From Girardia tigrina (taxonomy: Eukaryota), in NCBI GenBank assembly GCA_001938485.1, contig MQRK01169664.1:1-56909 (forward strand): a stretch of 56,909 nt of DNA, written 5' to 3'. Position 1 is the stretch's first letter. Each line of letters opens with the position of its first letter. Position numbers and translations under genes: made by a program. Of this stretch, positions 12,710-26,012 are shown one piece after another. The notes beneath the pieces were generated by a model that saw only the letters and a program-made list of their open reading frames with translations, did not search any database and was not told the DNA's origin.

Positions 12710-13098
12710 TAACTAGTAAATCAAAAAATTAAAATTTTTATACAGAGAGAACTCAACTTTGCCAACAAAGTTTTTGAAATTTAAAAATTTAAGATTTAAA
12801 AAATTTTAATTAAAAGCAATAAAAATCAATATAAACTATTTATAATTTATAAATAGATATCTTGGAATTAATATTTTTCGGGAACTCTGAATTTTCCGTT
12901 TTTCCCATTTTGGGACCAGAAAAAGTTTTTTTCTATCAAATTTTACATAATCATTTATTGTCATCGAGAATGAGTAAGTGTGCAAAGTTTGAAGAAAATC
13001 GATTGACTAGAAGGCCTTCAAAAATAGGTTTCTAAATTCCATGGATACATATATATAGATATAGATATAGAAAGTGAGCTAATAAAAAGAATGGATTA
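12710..13098 (+). mobile_element. HINE/DINE-1-like non-autonomous element
   Basis: Starts taactagt, has gtgtgcaaagtttgaagaaaatcg and a (TA/TAGA) microsatellite near the 3' end; inverted second copy at 32318-32702; family assignment is by architecture only. Confidence 0.6.
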
Positions 13099-13256
13099 AA
13101 TTGCATCCTTTGTTGTATGGCATACAATCAACAACAACTAATAATGAATTTCATTTTTAAATTACATCACGATTTCATAAAATTAAAAATATGTTCAGTA
13201 ATAATTTTTTTATCATATGACACCGTGTTTTGATATTGCATATGAATATAAGCATA

Positions 13257-13353
13257 GAAAAACTTTGGTTCTCGGTGTGATCACTTGAACGATAACGCAA
13301 ATCCATATTCTGAGAGAAAATGATTTGATGATTTGCTCGTTGGAGCTCAATAT
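13257..13353 (+). pseudogene. Possible decayed FG-GAP repeat (integrin alpha / GPLD1-like) fragment
   Basis: In-frame ENFGSRCDHLNDN...FDDLLVGAQY resembles FG...DxNxDGxDDLLVGAP, with a ~25-nt interruption containing a stop. Confidence 0.4.
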
Positions 13354-14519
13354 ACAATCTTACAATTTCAATAAAGACTCTTTTGGAGTGGACATGCCTT
13401 GGGAAGCTACCTTCCAACCATGGAATTCTAATTAGGAGATAGATGAAACAATCGTTGATCCATAGAACACAGTTCGGTGATGACATAAAGGAATAATTTA
13501 TCAATATACCCGATTTAATATGTTTTTATATAATGCAGAAAGATTCATTGAAGAAACAACAAAGTTCAAATGAAGTAAAATTGGAGTAAATCGATCGACT
13601 ATTGTCAGTTTGAAGAATCAAACAGATACATGTAATATGCAAGTTCCAACTAGCGAATATTATGAAAACGAGAGGGTGATGAAGTTGGTTCCCATAAAAA
13701 GAGTTACGGGCTAACTCTCTTGAACAGTAATCACAGGGATCGATGGACATGCTCTGTGTACTCAAGTAAGAAAAATAGATGCGAAATTGAAATTGATGTT
13801 ATCGAAATTGAATGATAAAGAAATAAACATGCTAAATTTAAAATGAACAAAAACGCAGAGAAAATGTCAGAAATTAAACCAGAAAGTTAGAAAAGGACAT
13901 CGATAATCAAAGAAAAGAATTAGAATTGCAAATCAAAGATTTATAAGTCGATGCAGCGGTATATTTGAAGATAAGAAACCAGGAAGAAGGTTTTCCGTTA
14001 ATTTTTTTGTTTGTATCGTTTAAAGATTGTTTCAAAACTCTCAAAGAGGAAAAGCATAAAGTAGTCGAACAACAAGAAGTTTGAGATTTAAAAAAATACA
14101 AATATATGGTAATAAATTCGATGATATATTACGAAAACATTACAAAATTATTAAAAATCAGAAAAAAATGTGGTACAATAGTAAACTTAAATGCAATGAA
14201 AATAAAGAAAATTAAAATTTGGAAAAAAACTAAATGAAAAAAGAAACGAACATCAATGAAAAATTATTAGTATGAACAGCTTGACGAGTTAAAAGGCTTA
14301 TATTTTTTATATTATAATATTATTGTATTATATTATTATGTTATTATTATATATAATAAATATTCATTTATGAAACTTATCATTATATGACATATGATAA
14401 TATGACTGTTGAACGCTCAAGTAAGCAACTAAACAAACAAATACCTTTAAAATACACTTTTGAAAGAAAGAGTCATTATATCTACAATACAAAATAATAA
14501 CCAGTAAAATATAAGATAT

Positions 14520-14523
<4 letters not shown>

Positions 14524-14564
<41 letters not shown>

Positions 14565-14614
14565 NNNNNNNNNNNNNNNNNNNNNNNNNNNNNNNNNNNN
14601 NNNNNNNNNNNNNN

Positions 14615-14650
<36 letters not shown>
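14524..14650. repeat. (TA)n microsatellite; others at 1-40, 5355-5408, 9537-9558, 11988-12037
   Basis: Direct inspection; several border N gaps. Confidence 0.95.
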
Positions 14651-14653
<3 letters not shown>

Positions 14654-14866
14654 AATATAAAATAAAAATATAAAATTTAAATATTAAATATAAATATAAA
14701 ATATAATTAATATAAATAATGTTTATATAAATATTAATATGAACATACAATGTAAATATTTTTTTTAATATTTATATATTTTCATATTTAAATTACATTT
14801 TTTTTAAGATTTAAAAATAAACTAATAATAATTTACATATTTCGGTACATAAACATATTTCTTTAG

Positions 14867-14978
14867 ACACAAAGATGTTATACCTTGGGACTCGGATATG
14901 GATTTTGGAATCTCCAGTCAATATGAACAGCTTATTAGAAATATCAGTACCAGAAGAAGCGAAATGAGGGCAGATAAA
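14867..14978 (+). CDS. LicD copy A exon 2
   Basis: ctttag|A CAC... HKDVIPWDSDMDFG...RADK|gtattg; contains the IPWDxDxD nucleotidyltransferase-fold motif; phases fit exons 1 and 3. Confidence 0.92.
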
Positions 14979-15829
14979 GTATTGCTAGATACATTTTTGA
15001 AACGTTTTTTAATAAATATTTATTTATGAAACTTATCATTATATGACTTAAGTTTTATTACCTAATATGACTGTTGAACGCAAATCATTATAATTTATAA
15101 TTAAAATATAATTTAAATATTAAAATAATACATCAAGTAAATATTATCAGAATAACTAAAAATGCTGGTGAAGTGGGAGTTTCCGTGGGGTACCCATTTG
15201 CAAAAAACAAGGAAAAGACAGAAAATGATACAAAATTTATTGATCACAAAATAAATTTTATACGATTTTTTTTGCAGTTCGCTCACGGTTAAAAAAAATG
15301 TCTAAATTGCTTTGAATTTGTGACATTCGAATTATCTCCGTTGAAACATTAAAACAATTGTTTTCGTTTTTTTTATTACATATTTAATTTACATTAATTT
15401 CATGTGGAAAAATTCTTGGGTCGAATGATCCCGATATTCTTTGTGAAAAAAAACTTCTGGGAATTTTAATTTTGTAATTATTAAATAGTTTTGCGACAAC
15501 AAAAAAAATAAAAGAAATTTAAATTACATTTAAATAATATTTAAATATGTGAAAAAATTAGCGTGCTTTGATTTGTTGTTGGAAATGTTCACTACAGCTG
15601 GTATCAGTATAGGTTGAACATTAATTTGTTTTGATTGAATTTTCAAGCTTTGAACTTTGGATGCCATTGAAACCCCTTTGACACTACCTATATTCTTGTA
15701 AATACTCTTCTTAAATACTTAAAATCATTCAGAATATGGAAGTTTGATCATTTGTTTCTTATGTTCAATATTTTCTTCATTTAGTCCATTCTTAACCTGT
15801 ACAAGATACAATATTTATAAGATACTATT

Positions 15830-16853
15830 TACAAGATACAATAGAAATATTTCAAAACGTGGAATGCAAAAAAATATGGGCGAAGTATTTAAAAACAGGA
15901 GATTTGAAAGATCAGCCACGTGGAGGCAGACCTCATAAACTAAGCGCCAGATCAGAAAGAGTAAAAGTCGTTTAAACAATGATATTTCCGCGTTAAATAT
16001 TACAATGATATTTAATTCTTCTTCCTCAATAAGTAAGCCATAAGTAAGTCGACAGTCGAAAGGATTTTACAGAAATATTGAATACGGGCATTCAAAGCAG
16101 TAAAGAAACCTTTCCTTCCCGCTAAACGGAGACAAAGAAGAATGCAGTGGGCTTCATTACATCAAAATTGGGATAAAGAAACTAAGTATTCCGTTATATT
16201 TAGCGATGAATGCATTTTCAAATGTTATAATCATCGTGGTAGATGTTGGATCAGACGAACTAGAAATGAAAGGCTTAAACTCGGAAACATCCATGAAACC
16301 ATGAGCTAAGGAGCCAAAGTTCATGTCTAGGGTGCTATTCGACAAACGGGGTAGGTCTTCTTAGGAAAGTAGAAGGTTCAGTGAATGATCAAATGTACCA
16401 GGAAACTATAATACATGACATTGATATTATTGGAAAGTGCTTGGTATTTCCAAAACAACAATTCATTTTTTAGCAAGATCTTGCACTACCACACCGTGCA
16501 CTGTCGGCATTTAATTTCTTAAAAAAGAAGGAAGTCAACCTTTTACCATGGACAGGAAATTCACCAGATGCAAATCCTATCGAAAATGCATGGGGACTTT
16601 TAAAAAGGAAATTACAGACGATAAGGTGCACTCGTCAGAACAGCTGTGGGTGGCTGTTCAAAAAATATGGTAAGAACTATCAAAAGACTATTGTAAAAGT
16701 CTTGTTGAATCCATGCTTAGGCGATTAAAAATGATAAAGGACATGAAAGGACATTCAACTAAGTATTGAAAGTTCCACGTAATAAATGTTTTGTTAAAAA
16801 TTTGATCTTTTTCTAAAAAAATAAGGGGGTGAACAGACTTATGAATCATACTG
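15830..16853 (+). mobile_element. Tc1 element (DD34E), degenerate, left end not found
   Basis: QDLALPH...WTGNSPDANPIENAW with 34 residues between D and E; IFSDE motif; right end ...atgaatcatactg|ta. Confidence 0.85.
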
Positions 16854-16899
16854 TATATAACTGTTTATTTATATCATTTGGTTTTGAGCGATTATTACA

Positions 16900-18440
16900 C
16901 CAGCCTCCTTCCATAACTGGAGCGTTAGGTGTTAATTTATTAGTTGTCTTTTGTAACTAGTTTTATTCTTCTGAGTTTGAAGTATTTTTCATTATTAGGG
17001 TGCTTGTTGATTTTGTTTAGTTAGCATTATAGGTAGTCTTGTATATAATGTTTTATGTCTTTACTCATGTTTGACCATATGATTTGGTTGTGTAAAATTG
17101 TATATGTTTTTTTGTATCCAAAGTGACCAAGGGTGTGTATTTTTAAATGCCTTTTCTCTTAATTCCTTTAAATTAAACGTCGTGGTATCTTTAGATAGTA
17201 TCATATTCCTTGATTTTTTTCATTTATTAGAGATTTTGTATCTCTTGCTTCTGTTTTCACTGTTTTTTGTTTGTTGATGAGGTTGTCTTGATTTATTAAT
17301 TGTGAAAATTCAATTTGATTTATTGTTGTTCTGGATAGAAAATCTGCGACGACATTCGATTTAATGGGTATATAGGTGATTTGGCATTGGAATTCAGAAA
17401 TAAAACATGTTTGTCTAAGTTGTCGTGGCGATGGATTTTTCATTGTTAACACATGTATTAGTGGTTTATGACCTCTTTGTATGATAAATGTTCGATTTTC
17501 TGGTATGTATTGATTTATATTATTGATTTATGTATGCTTAGTAAGTCTTTATCAAACGTAGAATACTTTTGTTCCTTTGTTTTGGGTTTTTTTGTGAAAA
17601 GAATCCTAGTGGTCTATATTCTTTGTTTATGTTTTGATCGAGGGTTGCTCCTATATGCTATATTTGATGCATCTGTAGTTAGTGTGAATTCACCTTCGTT
17701 TTGTAGCATATATATTTTGGTTATGTTATTTAATTGGTTTCTGATATTTGCGAGTGTTTCATCGAGTGTTTTTTTTCCATGTGATTTCTTCTGTTTTTTG
17801 TTCTCTGTTAATTCTGACAAAGGTGCTAGTATTTCTGAGCAGACTTGAATGCACTGGTGGTAATAATTTGTCATACGTATTAGTCTTCTCATGTCTCTAA
17901 CGTTTTTCGGTTTCGGCAATTTTTAAATTTGTTCTATTTTCTCTTTTTACTGGATCGATTTTATTGTTTTTTTTATTTTACATCCTTAAAATGATATTTT
18001 TTCTGTAAAATATTCACATTTGTTTTTATTTACCTTAAGTCCATTATCATTAAGAAGTTTGAATAGTTGAATGAGGTCCTCTTTGTGATTCTTTTCATTT
18101 TCGCTACCAATTATAATATCTTCTAGATTGGCCATTGTGTTTTTCGTATTTATTAATATGATAATTATAGTTTTTTGCAATGTTGCTGCTGCGTTTTTTT
18201 AATCTGAAAGGCATGCGGTTGTATTAGTATAACCCAAACGGTGTTGTTATTGCTGTTTCTGTTGTGTCGCATGGATTTATCGGTATTTGGTAATAGGCCT
18301 CATGTAGATCAACTTTACTAAACATGTTTGCTTGATTGAATCTGGTAATAACTTATTAATGGTGGTGGATATGAGCCATTTATTGCGATTGCGTTCAGTT
18401 TGCGGTAGTCCCGCAGCAGCGTAATTCCCCGTTTTGTTTT
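16900..18440 (-). mobile_element. Ty3/Gypsy pol remnant (RT, RNase H, start of integrase)
   Basis: [37 protein letters not shown]...NVVADFLSR; many frameshifts. Confidence 0.88.
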
Positions 18441-18687
18441 TAGAAGTTTATATGAAGCACAAATAAAACAGAAGTGATATGTTTTTTTACGAAAAAATGA
18501 AAGTTGATTCCGAAGTGTTTTCTATCCAGTTTTTGAATAGAAAAAATGTGTTGATAATAAAGACAATTATATTGAAATATATTTTTTATTAACCTATATA
18601 AAAATGTACTTGTTGAAATAACCTAATTTATTACAGGACAAATATTATACATATATATTATCGTTATTTTATTTAATGTTTTTTCAG

Positions 18688-19074
18688 GTTAACCTCGTAA
18701 CCAGACCAGCCCAACATTGTCCATACAACGGTCCCCGCCTCAATTGTAAGGGAGAAAGTGTAACGTCTCAAGTTGATGATTGCGCATTCTGTGGACCTTT
18801 AGCTCGGCTGATCTATAAAACATATCGAATTGATATATTTCTTTTTCATATCGATTATTTTGATGATGAACTTCAAGTTGGCATTGAAGGAATATTCGAT
18901 TACATGGACAAAATCCCCCGCCTTCCGGTGGATGTGTATTTCCCGTTAAGAAACTGTTCTTTTATGGGTCTTAAATTGCAGTGTCCAAATAAAAAAGAAA
19001 AGGCTGTTACATTTTACTATAAATCAATTGATATGAAATATAAATGTGTGAATCAAAAATGGGTGAAAATATAA
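18688..19074 (+). CDS. LicD copy A exon 3 (terminal)
   Basis: ttttcag|VNLVTRP...RIDIF...YFPLRNCSFMG...CPN...WVKI*; 9 differences in 387 nt versus 49697-50083. Confidence 0.92.
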   Translation, partial: VNLVTRPAQHCPYNGPRLNCKGESVTSQVDDCAFCGPLARLIYKTYRIDIFLFHIDYFDDELQVGIEGIFDYMDKIPRLPVDVYFPLRNCSFMGLKLQCPNKKEKAVTFYYKSIDMKYKCVNQKWVKI

Positions 19075-19765
19075 TTTATTTTCTTTTTCTAAGTTTTTCT
19101 TGGATATAATTATAAATAAATGGTGTAAGTTTGACATTCGAGAAGACAAATTTTATTACAAACTTTTAATTTAAGATTACCGAATTAAAGTTTAATCCCC
19201 ATTTAAAAGGATCATACTTTCATAAATATTTCATTGTAATATCAATGGAAAAAATAAGTATCATAAAGTAGAGGGTTCCTTTCCAAGGATTAAGAATTTC
19301 GCCTTTTCTTTGATGTTGCAAGTGAAATCCTAAGAAAAGGATGTTCATTTATTATATCATCTATAATCACTAATGATGGCTATTGAAAGTTTAATGAACT
19401 TACAAATAAATATATAAATGATTCCTAAATATCGATTCAAAAAAATTTAGTGTAAATATAGTATAAATAAAGTTTGGTATAGCGTCATACTTGCAGAACC
19501 ATGATGTAGAACTAATGCAGAACAAACACTCTCAAAGACAATATCAGTAAAATAACATATTTTAAATCTAAATCATAACTCGAATCCAAAACAAAAATTG
19601 AGTTCCAAATAGAAAAAAAACATGCAAAATTACAAAATCAATTCAAATTGTTCAGCGCGAAATCAATCGACATTTAAAATTTGATAATAAAAATTTATTT
19701 TTTAATATAAGATTCATTATAAACAAAAATATTTAATCCTGATTTTTGGTTATAATAATATAAAA

Positions 19766-20440
19766 TAAAACATCGTTACGATTGTGAGGAATATTTTAAA
19801 TTTGGTATGTTGAAATTGGTTTGTTGAATTTTGTATGTTGAGTTTATTATTTGGAAATGTGTTTCTCCCACCCAGATGGAAAATTGATATTTTAGATGTT
19901 CACGATAAATAATTATTCGAGTATAATTTATATTTTAAAGTACAGCATAAGATATGTAAAAACATTAAAAATATTAAATCTTTTTAATTCTTCATATTAA
20001 AATTTAAATAAAATAAATAGTTTTAACTAAGTTTTGAATTAATTAAATATTCTTTCTTTACATAAAATAATTTTTAAATAAAATTAATATGTAAATAAAA
20101 ATTAATACTAATTCTACAAAATTGAATTTTAAAAATAAAATCAGAAAATAATGAAAAATTTGTTCGAATAATTGTTTATTAACAAACATTAATAAAAGAT
20201 TATCAATTTAGAACGATGTCGAATGACGAGAGTTTCGATGAGAGTTGTCCAAAAGACAATTCTGATTGTAATGAAAATAAAAGTTTGAAAAGCCATGTTG
20301 GTGTTCTTAATAACGATGATATCGGTTAATTCGATTTATCGGTTAACTCGATGAGATTAGTGAGTCCCGTGTATTTAACATTCATTAAAAATATGAATTT
20401 GAATGTTTAACTAAATTTGAACAACTCGATTAATTTATTC
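19766..20440. mobile_element. Tigger-like MITE terminus split by the TGT...ATA element
   Basis: Rejoined sequence taaaacatcgttacgatgatatcggttaattcgatttatcggttaactcga...gtcccg has the short-repeat pattern typical of Tigger ends. Confidence 0.4.
19783..20312 (+). mobile_element. Dispersed TGT...ATA element, full copy
   Basis: 5-bp TSD acgat (19778-19782, 20313-20317); core tttctcccacccagatgg; interrupts a Tigger-like MITE end. Confidence 0.88.
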
Positions 20441-20824
20441 GTTGAGATTAAATTTATCAATTGCAATTGTAATGATAATTAATTGTGAATTTAAATAAAA
20501 TAGATTTGTTTATCTGAAATAGACGAGCGACAATTTAAACCATGAGAAACAATTGTTGTTGTATAAAACATCAATTTAATAAAGTTAATTTTTTTGTTTT
20601 ACAGAAATTATCAATTAATTTAGATTAAATATGTATTAAATGATGAGTTCCCGAAAATTCCTTGGAATTCAAAGCGAGTTTGTTGGTTCGTAAGTTTCCG
20701 ACACCAATTTTATAAATCTAACAAAAGCAGTTAACCGATTTATTATAATATGTGAACTCATTTCAATTAGTTTTAATAACAGAATTATTAATAGCAATAA
20801 ATCTTAATTGATTAACAAAATAAA

Positions 20825-22635
20825 ATGACAACTATGTTTATGAAACCAATAAACTACTCAAATTGTGATAAATATAGGAAACGAAAAATTTTAGGAAACA
20901 CAGCGATGAAGAAATTTTGAATGAACTTTTGAAAAAGTGGATAAAATCTCAAGTTCCGAAGGATCGATTTTTTTTCAAATCTAACATATCAGTGGAAAGA
21001 AATGAGAGCTGATGCTAAGATTTATGAGGACAACATATCAAAACAAGAAAGAAATGATGTTTTAGCCGTCAAAACATTGTATGCAGGAATGGCAAAGAAA
21101 GACAAACATCAAGTTAGAAGATGTGAGAATCCTGAACATAGAAGAAATACAGCTCGATTGAATGAAACAAACGATAGACAACCAATATTGAGAACGGAAC
21201 GAAGAATATCATCGGAAAGATTTAATACAAGTAATGAGAGATGATCCAGTATAATGTCAGAAGATAAATAACAATACAATCGCCCGGTGCATTCGGCTTG
21301 GTACGAAGCAAGGAAGTTATATTTCAAAATAAAGAGACTTCCGACTCCAGAAGAGGAGCATTTAACCAGAGGGGATTGTTATTACTGTGGAAAACATGGA
21401 CATTTGAGGAACGATTGTCCTTTAAATAATCGTTGTTTAATCCGTGGAAAAAGTGGACATGGGTTCAGAAACTGTAATCATATTAAGAATATAAATGTAG
21501 CACGCATCAAAGATGTGTACAATGAAGAAAACGTGGATATCGTATCATATAAAGATGAATAGGAAGATGATTTAAATGCCAGAGACTCCATGATGGGCAT
21601 TTCGTCTGTGAAGTCGGTATAAAATATCCAAAAAAAATGAATTGCAGAGCTAGTAGAGGGGTAAGATGGTATATGATGGAGCGATGTTTAGCTGAACAAT
21701 CACAATGTATTAATGTTGTGGGATAGTGGAGCAGGTGTTTCAGTTATTATTTAAAGGTTTAGTTGGAAATCGGACAACTCAGATTAGAAGAGTCCAATTA
21801 TATGAAATGGAGCGTTTTCAGAAGGCCATAAGTGTTTGGGAAAAATTACAGTGAAGTTGAAATGGAAAGAAGAGTGCCATGCGGTAGATTTTTTAGTGGT
21901 GAAAGCAATCCAAAAAGCATTTATTCGAGGTGTAAATGTCATGTATAAATTCGGAATCAAACTTGAGAAAACTACCAAGAAGTCAGTTGTGATGGTGGAG
22001 AAATATATAAAGCTGCACGAGCAAAACAAACGACTGAAAGAGCTCGTGAAACGATATGATGATGTTTTCATGAAACGTGAATACGATTTGGGATTTACGG
22101 ATATTGTGGTCCATAAAATTGAAACAGAAGGTAAACCGATTTTTCTGAATCCAAGAAGGCAATCATTTAGTAAGTCAAATCGAAGGATTTTTGAAAGAAT
22201 TAGAAAAGGCATCTATAATTCGGAAATGTAAAAGTGAATGAAACTCCCTGTTAGTCATTACGCCAAAGAAAGATGGAGGTATTCGAATTTGTTTAGATTT
22301 CAGACAATTGAATGATGTATCAAAAATGTTTCCTTTCCAATACCAGACAGCCAAATGTTAATGGATGCTTTGCGTGGCTCCTGATTTTTTTCCAGTATAG
22401 ATTTAGGCAAAGCATACCATCAAGTAGCATTGGATGAAAGTTCTCAAGAAAAGACTGCATTTTGCATAAGAACACAGCAGTATTGTTTTAACCGTGTAAC
22501 GTTTGGACTTTCAACAGCAACCGGAATGTTTCAGTGAATAATGAATTCATTATTTGAATATTTACTATTCTTTGGAGTAGTAATATACCTAGATGATGTC
22601 TTAATTTACTCAAAATCATAAAAGAAATCATAAAA
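20825..22635 (+). mobile_element. Ty3/Gypsy remnant: gag (two CCHC), protease, RT
   Basis: CYYCGKHGHLRNDC; LWDSGAGVS; KKDGGIRICLDFRQLN; IDLGKAYHQV; IYLDDV. Confidence 0.9.
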
Positions 22636-23205
22636 CCGGTCGTGTTGCTACATAATGTGATTCTTTTCCTTGTGATTCTTTCTTTCGACATTTTCCAACC
22701 AACGCATTTGTCTTTGAATTTGAATAATAGATGGATGGTGACGATCTTCATGAATGCATCAGCAATCACAAAATACAAAACACGACTAAATGAAGGAAAC
22801 TCTAGGCAAGGAATGTTTACAGATTATAGACATGCATATGACAAAGACCAGGAAAACGAGGATACATGATCACAAGGAAAGGTGATCAGTGTCCTTCATT
22901 AAAAAGTAAAAATGTTGATGTATCTGATTGTGTCTATAATGATTGAGTGTTGGAAGATACCCCTATCGCAGTTTGCGAATTAGATTGTTGGAAAGAAGTA
23001 TATGATATATAATGTTTTAATAAGGAAATAAAGACAAATCAGAAAAAGTTTAACAAGGAAGAAATGTTGAAAATATGAAGGCTTAATATTCAAAATAATA
23101 TATTAATTTATGATACATTAGATATGATATATTACATCACTAAATTCAATTTTACATATACATATTTAAAATTGTAGAAAAAATGATTTAATGTACAAAT
23201 TAATA

Positions 23206-24553
23206 TTAGGTGTATAACTTAGTTTTTTGGATTTTTTTGCACAACAGACAAGTTTATTTATATGACATAATAAGTTTTATTCTAATCAAAATATTTTCCA
23301 TCGTTAATTATGACTTTCGACCATCTTTCAGACAAATTATGAATTCCATCGAAAAAAAGGTTTTGGTCTTTTGATTCGATCCATTGTTCCAGCCATTTTT
23401 TTATATGTTCCTGGTTTCTGAAGTACTGGTCCCTAAGAGCGCTTTGCATTGATCGGAACAGATGATAATCTGATGGGGCACAATCTGGTGAATAGGCAAC
23501 ATGCGGTGGAAATTCCCATTTAAGTGCTTCCAACGTGTTTTTTGCTTGTTTTGCGACATGTGGCCGAGCATTGTCATGGAGCAAAATCACTGTGCGCTGT
23601 TTGTTGGCTGGAATATGACGTTTTTCCTTCAATGCATCGTTCAATTTCATTAACTGTTGTTGGTAACGTTCTACATTAACAGTTTCATTCGAATTCAGCA
23701 GCTCATAGTACAGTACACCTTTCTGATCCCACCAAATGCACAACATAACATTGCTTCCATGAATGTTTCTTTTTGCTATTGACGTGGACGGTTCGCCGGG
23801 ATGAATCCACGATTTCTTGCGTTTAGAGTTAACATAATAAATCCATTTTTCATCTCCAGTCACAATATTATGCAAAAACGACCATCTTCGTTGTCTTNNN
23901 NNNNNNNNNNNNNNNNNNNNNNNNNNNNNNNNNNNNNNNNNNNNNNNNNNNNNNNNNNNNNNNNNNNNNNNNNNNNNNNNNNNNNNNNNNNNNNNNNNNN
24001 NNNNNNNNNNNNNNNNNNNNNNNNNNNNNNNNNNNNNNNNNNNNNNNNNNNNNNNNNNNNNNNNNNNNNNNNNNNNNNNNNNNNNNNNNNNNNNNNNNNN
24101 NNNNNNNNNNNNNNNNNNNNNNNNNNNNNNNNNNNNNNNNNNNNNNNNNNNNNNNNNNNNNNNNNNNNNNNNNNNNNNNNNNNNNNNNNNNNNNNNNNNN
24201 NNNNNNNNNNNNNNNNNNNNNNNNNNNNNNNNNNNNNNNNNNNNNNNNNNNNNNNNNNNNNNNNNNNNNNNNNNNNNNNNNNNNNNNNNNNNNNNNNNNN
24301 NNNNNNNNNNNNNNNNNNNNNNNNNNNNNNNNNNNNNNNNNNNNNNNNNNNNNNNNNNNNNNNNNNNNNNNNNNNNNATTCTAAAACGTGATTAAAAATA
24401 TGTTTATGACGCATTTAAGGTCAATGACCTACTTAATTTTAATGACTCGATTTCAGCACTTTAAAAATCTGTACGTACGACTGTAAAATAATGCTTTATT
24501 ACAAAGGTTACACCATCTCTTAGAAAATCCAAAAAACTAAGTTATACACCTAA
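23206..24553 (-). mobile_element. Full-length mariner (DD34D, Mos1/mauritiana-like); N gap inside
   Basis: Perfect 30-bp TIR ttaggtgtataacttagttttttggatttt with TA flanks; intact catalytic half (VTGDEKW, HDNARPH, YSPDCAPSDY). Confidence 0.95.
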
Positions 24554-24809
24554 TAAATACATTTAGTCACTAAATACATACTCAAGGAGGTATCTGACAC
24601 GCATAGTACAAGATTGCAAAGGTTCTTGATTTATTATTAAGTCTCCTGATTTCTATTGAATCCGATATCAGGGTTATCTTGGAATTTAAAGATTTCATTT
24701 TTGATCCGATAACAAAAGCATTATAGAATTTATAATCCATGGAATTATAGAAATGAATGGACTTTGCAGAAAATAAAGCTTGCTCGTTATGCTTCTCCAT
24801 GAAGTTACA

Positions 24810-24995
24810 GATCGTTTAAAAATTTTTAAAACGTTTATTACGCTAAATGAAGACCGTTTAAAAGTTTAAAAAATTTTAAAAAGTACCCAGGTCTATCGGT
24901 GAAATTAGATTTCATTTAATCGTTTTTTAAACGTTTAATTTGCTAAACGAAGATCGTTTAAACGTTTAGAAAATTTTAAAACGTGCCCACGTCTA
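24810..24995. repeat. Tandemly duplicated ~90-bp unit ending in a hAT-like terminus
   Basis: Two units rich in cgtttaaa, ending gtacccaggtcta and gtgcccacgtcta (reverse complement TAGACGTGGGCAC). Confidence 0.55.
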
Positions 24996-24999
24996 GGGG

Positions 25000-26012
25000 T
25001 AGGCAAGAAGGAAATTGTGTTTTTCCATTGGTTCCGAAGCAAATTAGAAGAGATTTCGTCAGGAAAATACACAGAGATTTATATCATGTAGGTATCTAAA
25101 AGACAAAGAAGTAAATCCAAAATCATTTTATGCCACCAGATTTACCGAAAGAGGTACAAATCGTTATAGGAGAATGTCAGGAATGAATAAGCAGAAAAAA
25201 TTCCAAGTGAAAAAAACAAAAGAGAAGTTGATTCCAATAATAAATGATGAGTTTTTAGAACAAGACGTGATGGATATGTGGGTGACAAGAATATCATCTA
25301 TTGGTCATGGTGGACCAGTTTTCGAAATCGGTCTCTGACAGAGATTAGAACTCAAAACGAAGACGAGTTCAATGCGTGTTGATAAAATGGATAGATATTG
25401 AAAGCCAAAAACAATATTAACAGACAATGAAAATGTTTTACTGGCGGAAAATTTTAAGATTTTTGCAGGAAATATGGAATTGAACAAATATTTAGTAGCC
25501 CATTTCAACATCAAACGGTTTGGCAGAAAGAACTATTCAAACAATGAGAGAAATTATAGTAACAAGCAGAGAAGACAGAGACAAACGATCATGGTGGCAA
25601 ATTGTTCCGAAGATAGAATTCTGTCTAAATGCAACAGTTCAGAGTACGACCGGATATTCGCCCTTTGAAGTTGTGTTTGGTAGAAAAATAAACTTACATG
25701 CGGCAGCAGGAATAGCTAAAACGGAAGAGAGCAACGTGATCAAGATGAAGGTAAGAGAAAATTTAGAGAAAGCGGTAAGATGAATGGAAAATTAGGAGAG
25801 AGAGAAGAGAACAAATCGACATTTCGAGGATGGTTAGAAAGTCTTTGTAAAACAAGATCCTACAAAACTGAGAAAGGACACTTTCCCATTCGATGGACCG
25901 TACCAAATTTTAAGACATATATCGCCACACCAATTGGAGCTACAGAATCTGAAAGATGGAAACATAATTCGTCGAAGAATTGAGTGGATTAAGAAAGTAA
26001 ACAACGAATTAT
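25000..26012 (+). mobile_element. Gypsy integrase remnant, probably the continuation of 20825-22635
   Basis: PKTILTDN; NGLAERTIQT; EFCLNATVQSTTGYSPFEVVFG; FDGPYQI (GPY/F). Confidence 0.85.

Noticed and set aside
9508-14866. Intron 1 has a similar length in both paralogues (about 5.4 kb)
   Set aside because: Both include estimated N gaps and intron 2 differs twofold; probably coincidence
15415-15445. gggtcgaatgatccc, a piggyBac-like subterminal palindrome (also 37797-37826)
   Set aside because: No paired TTAA-flanked ends or transposase
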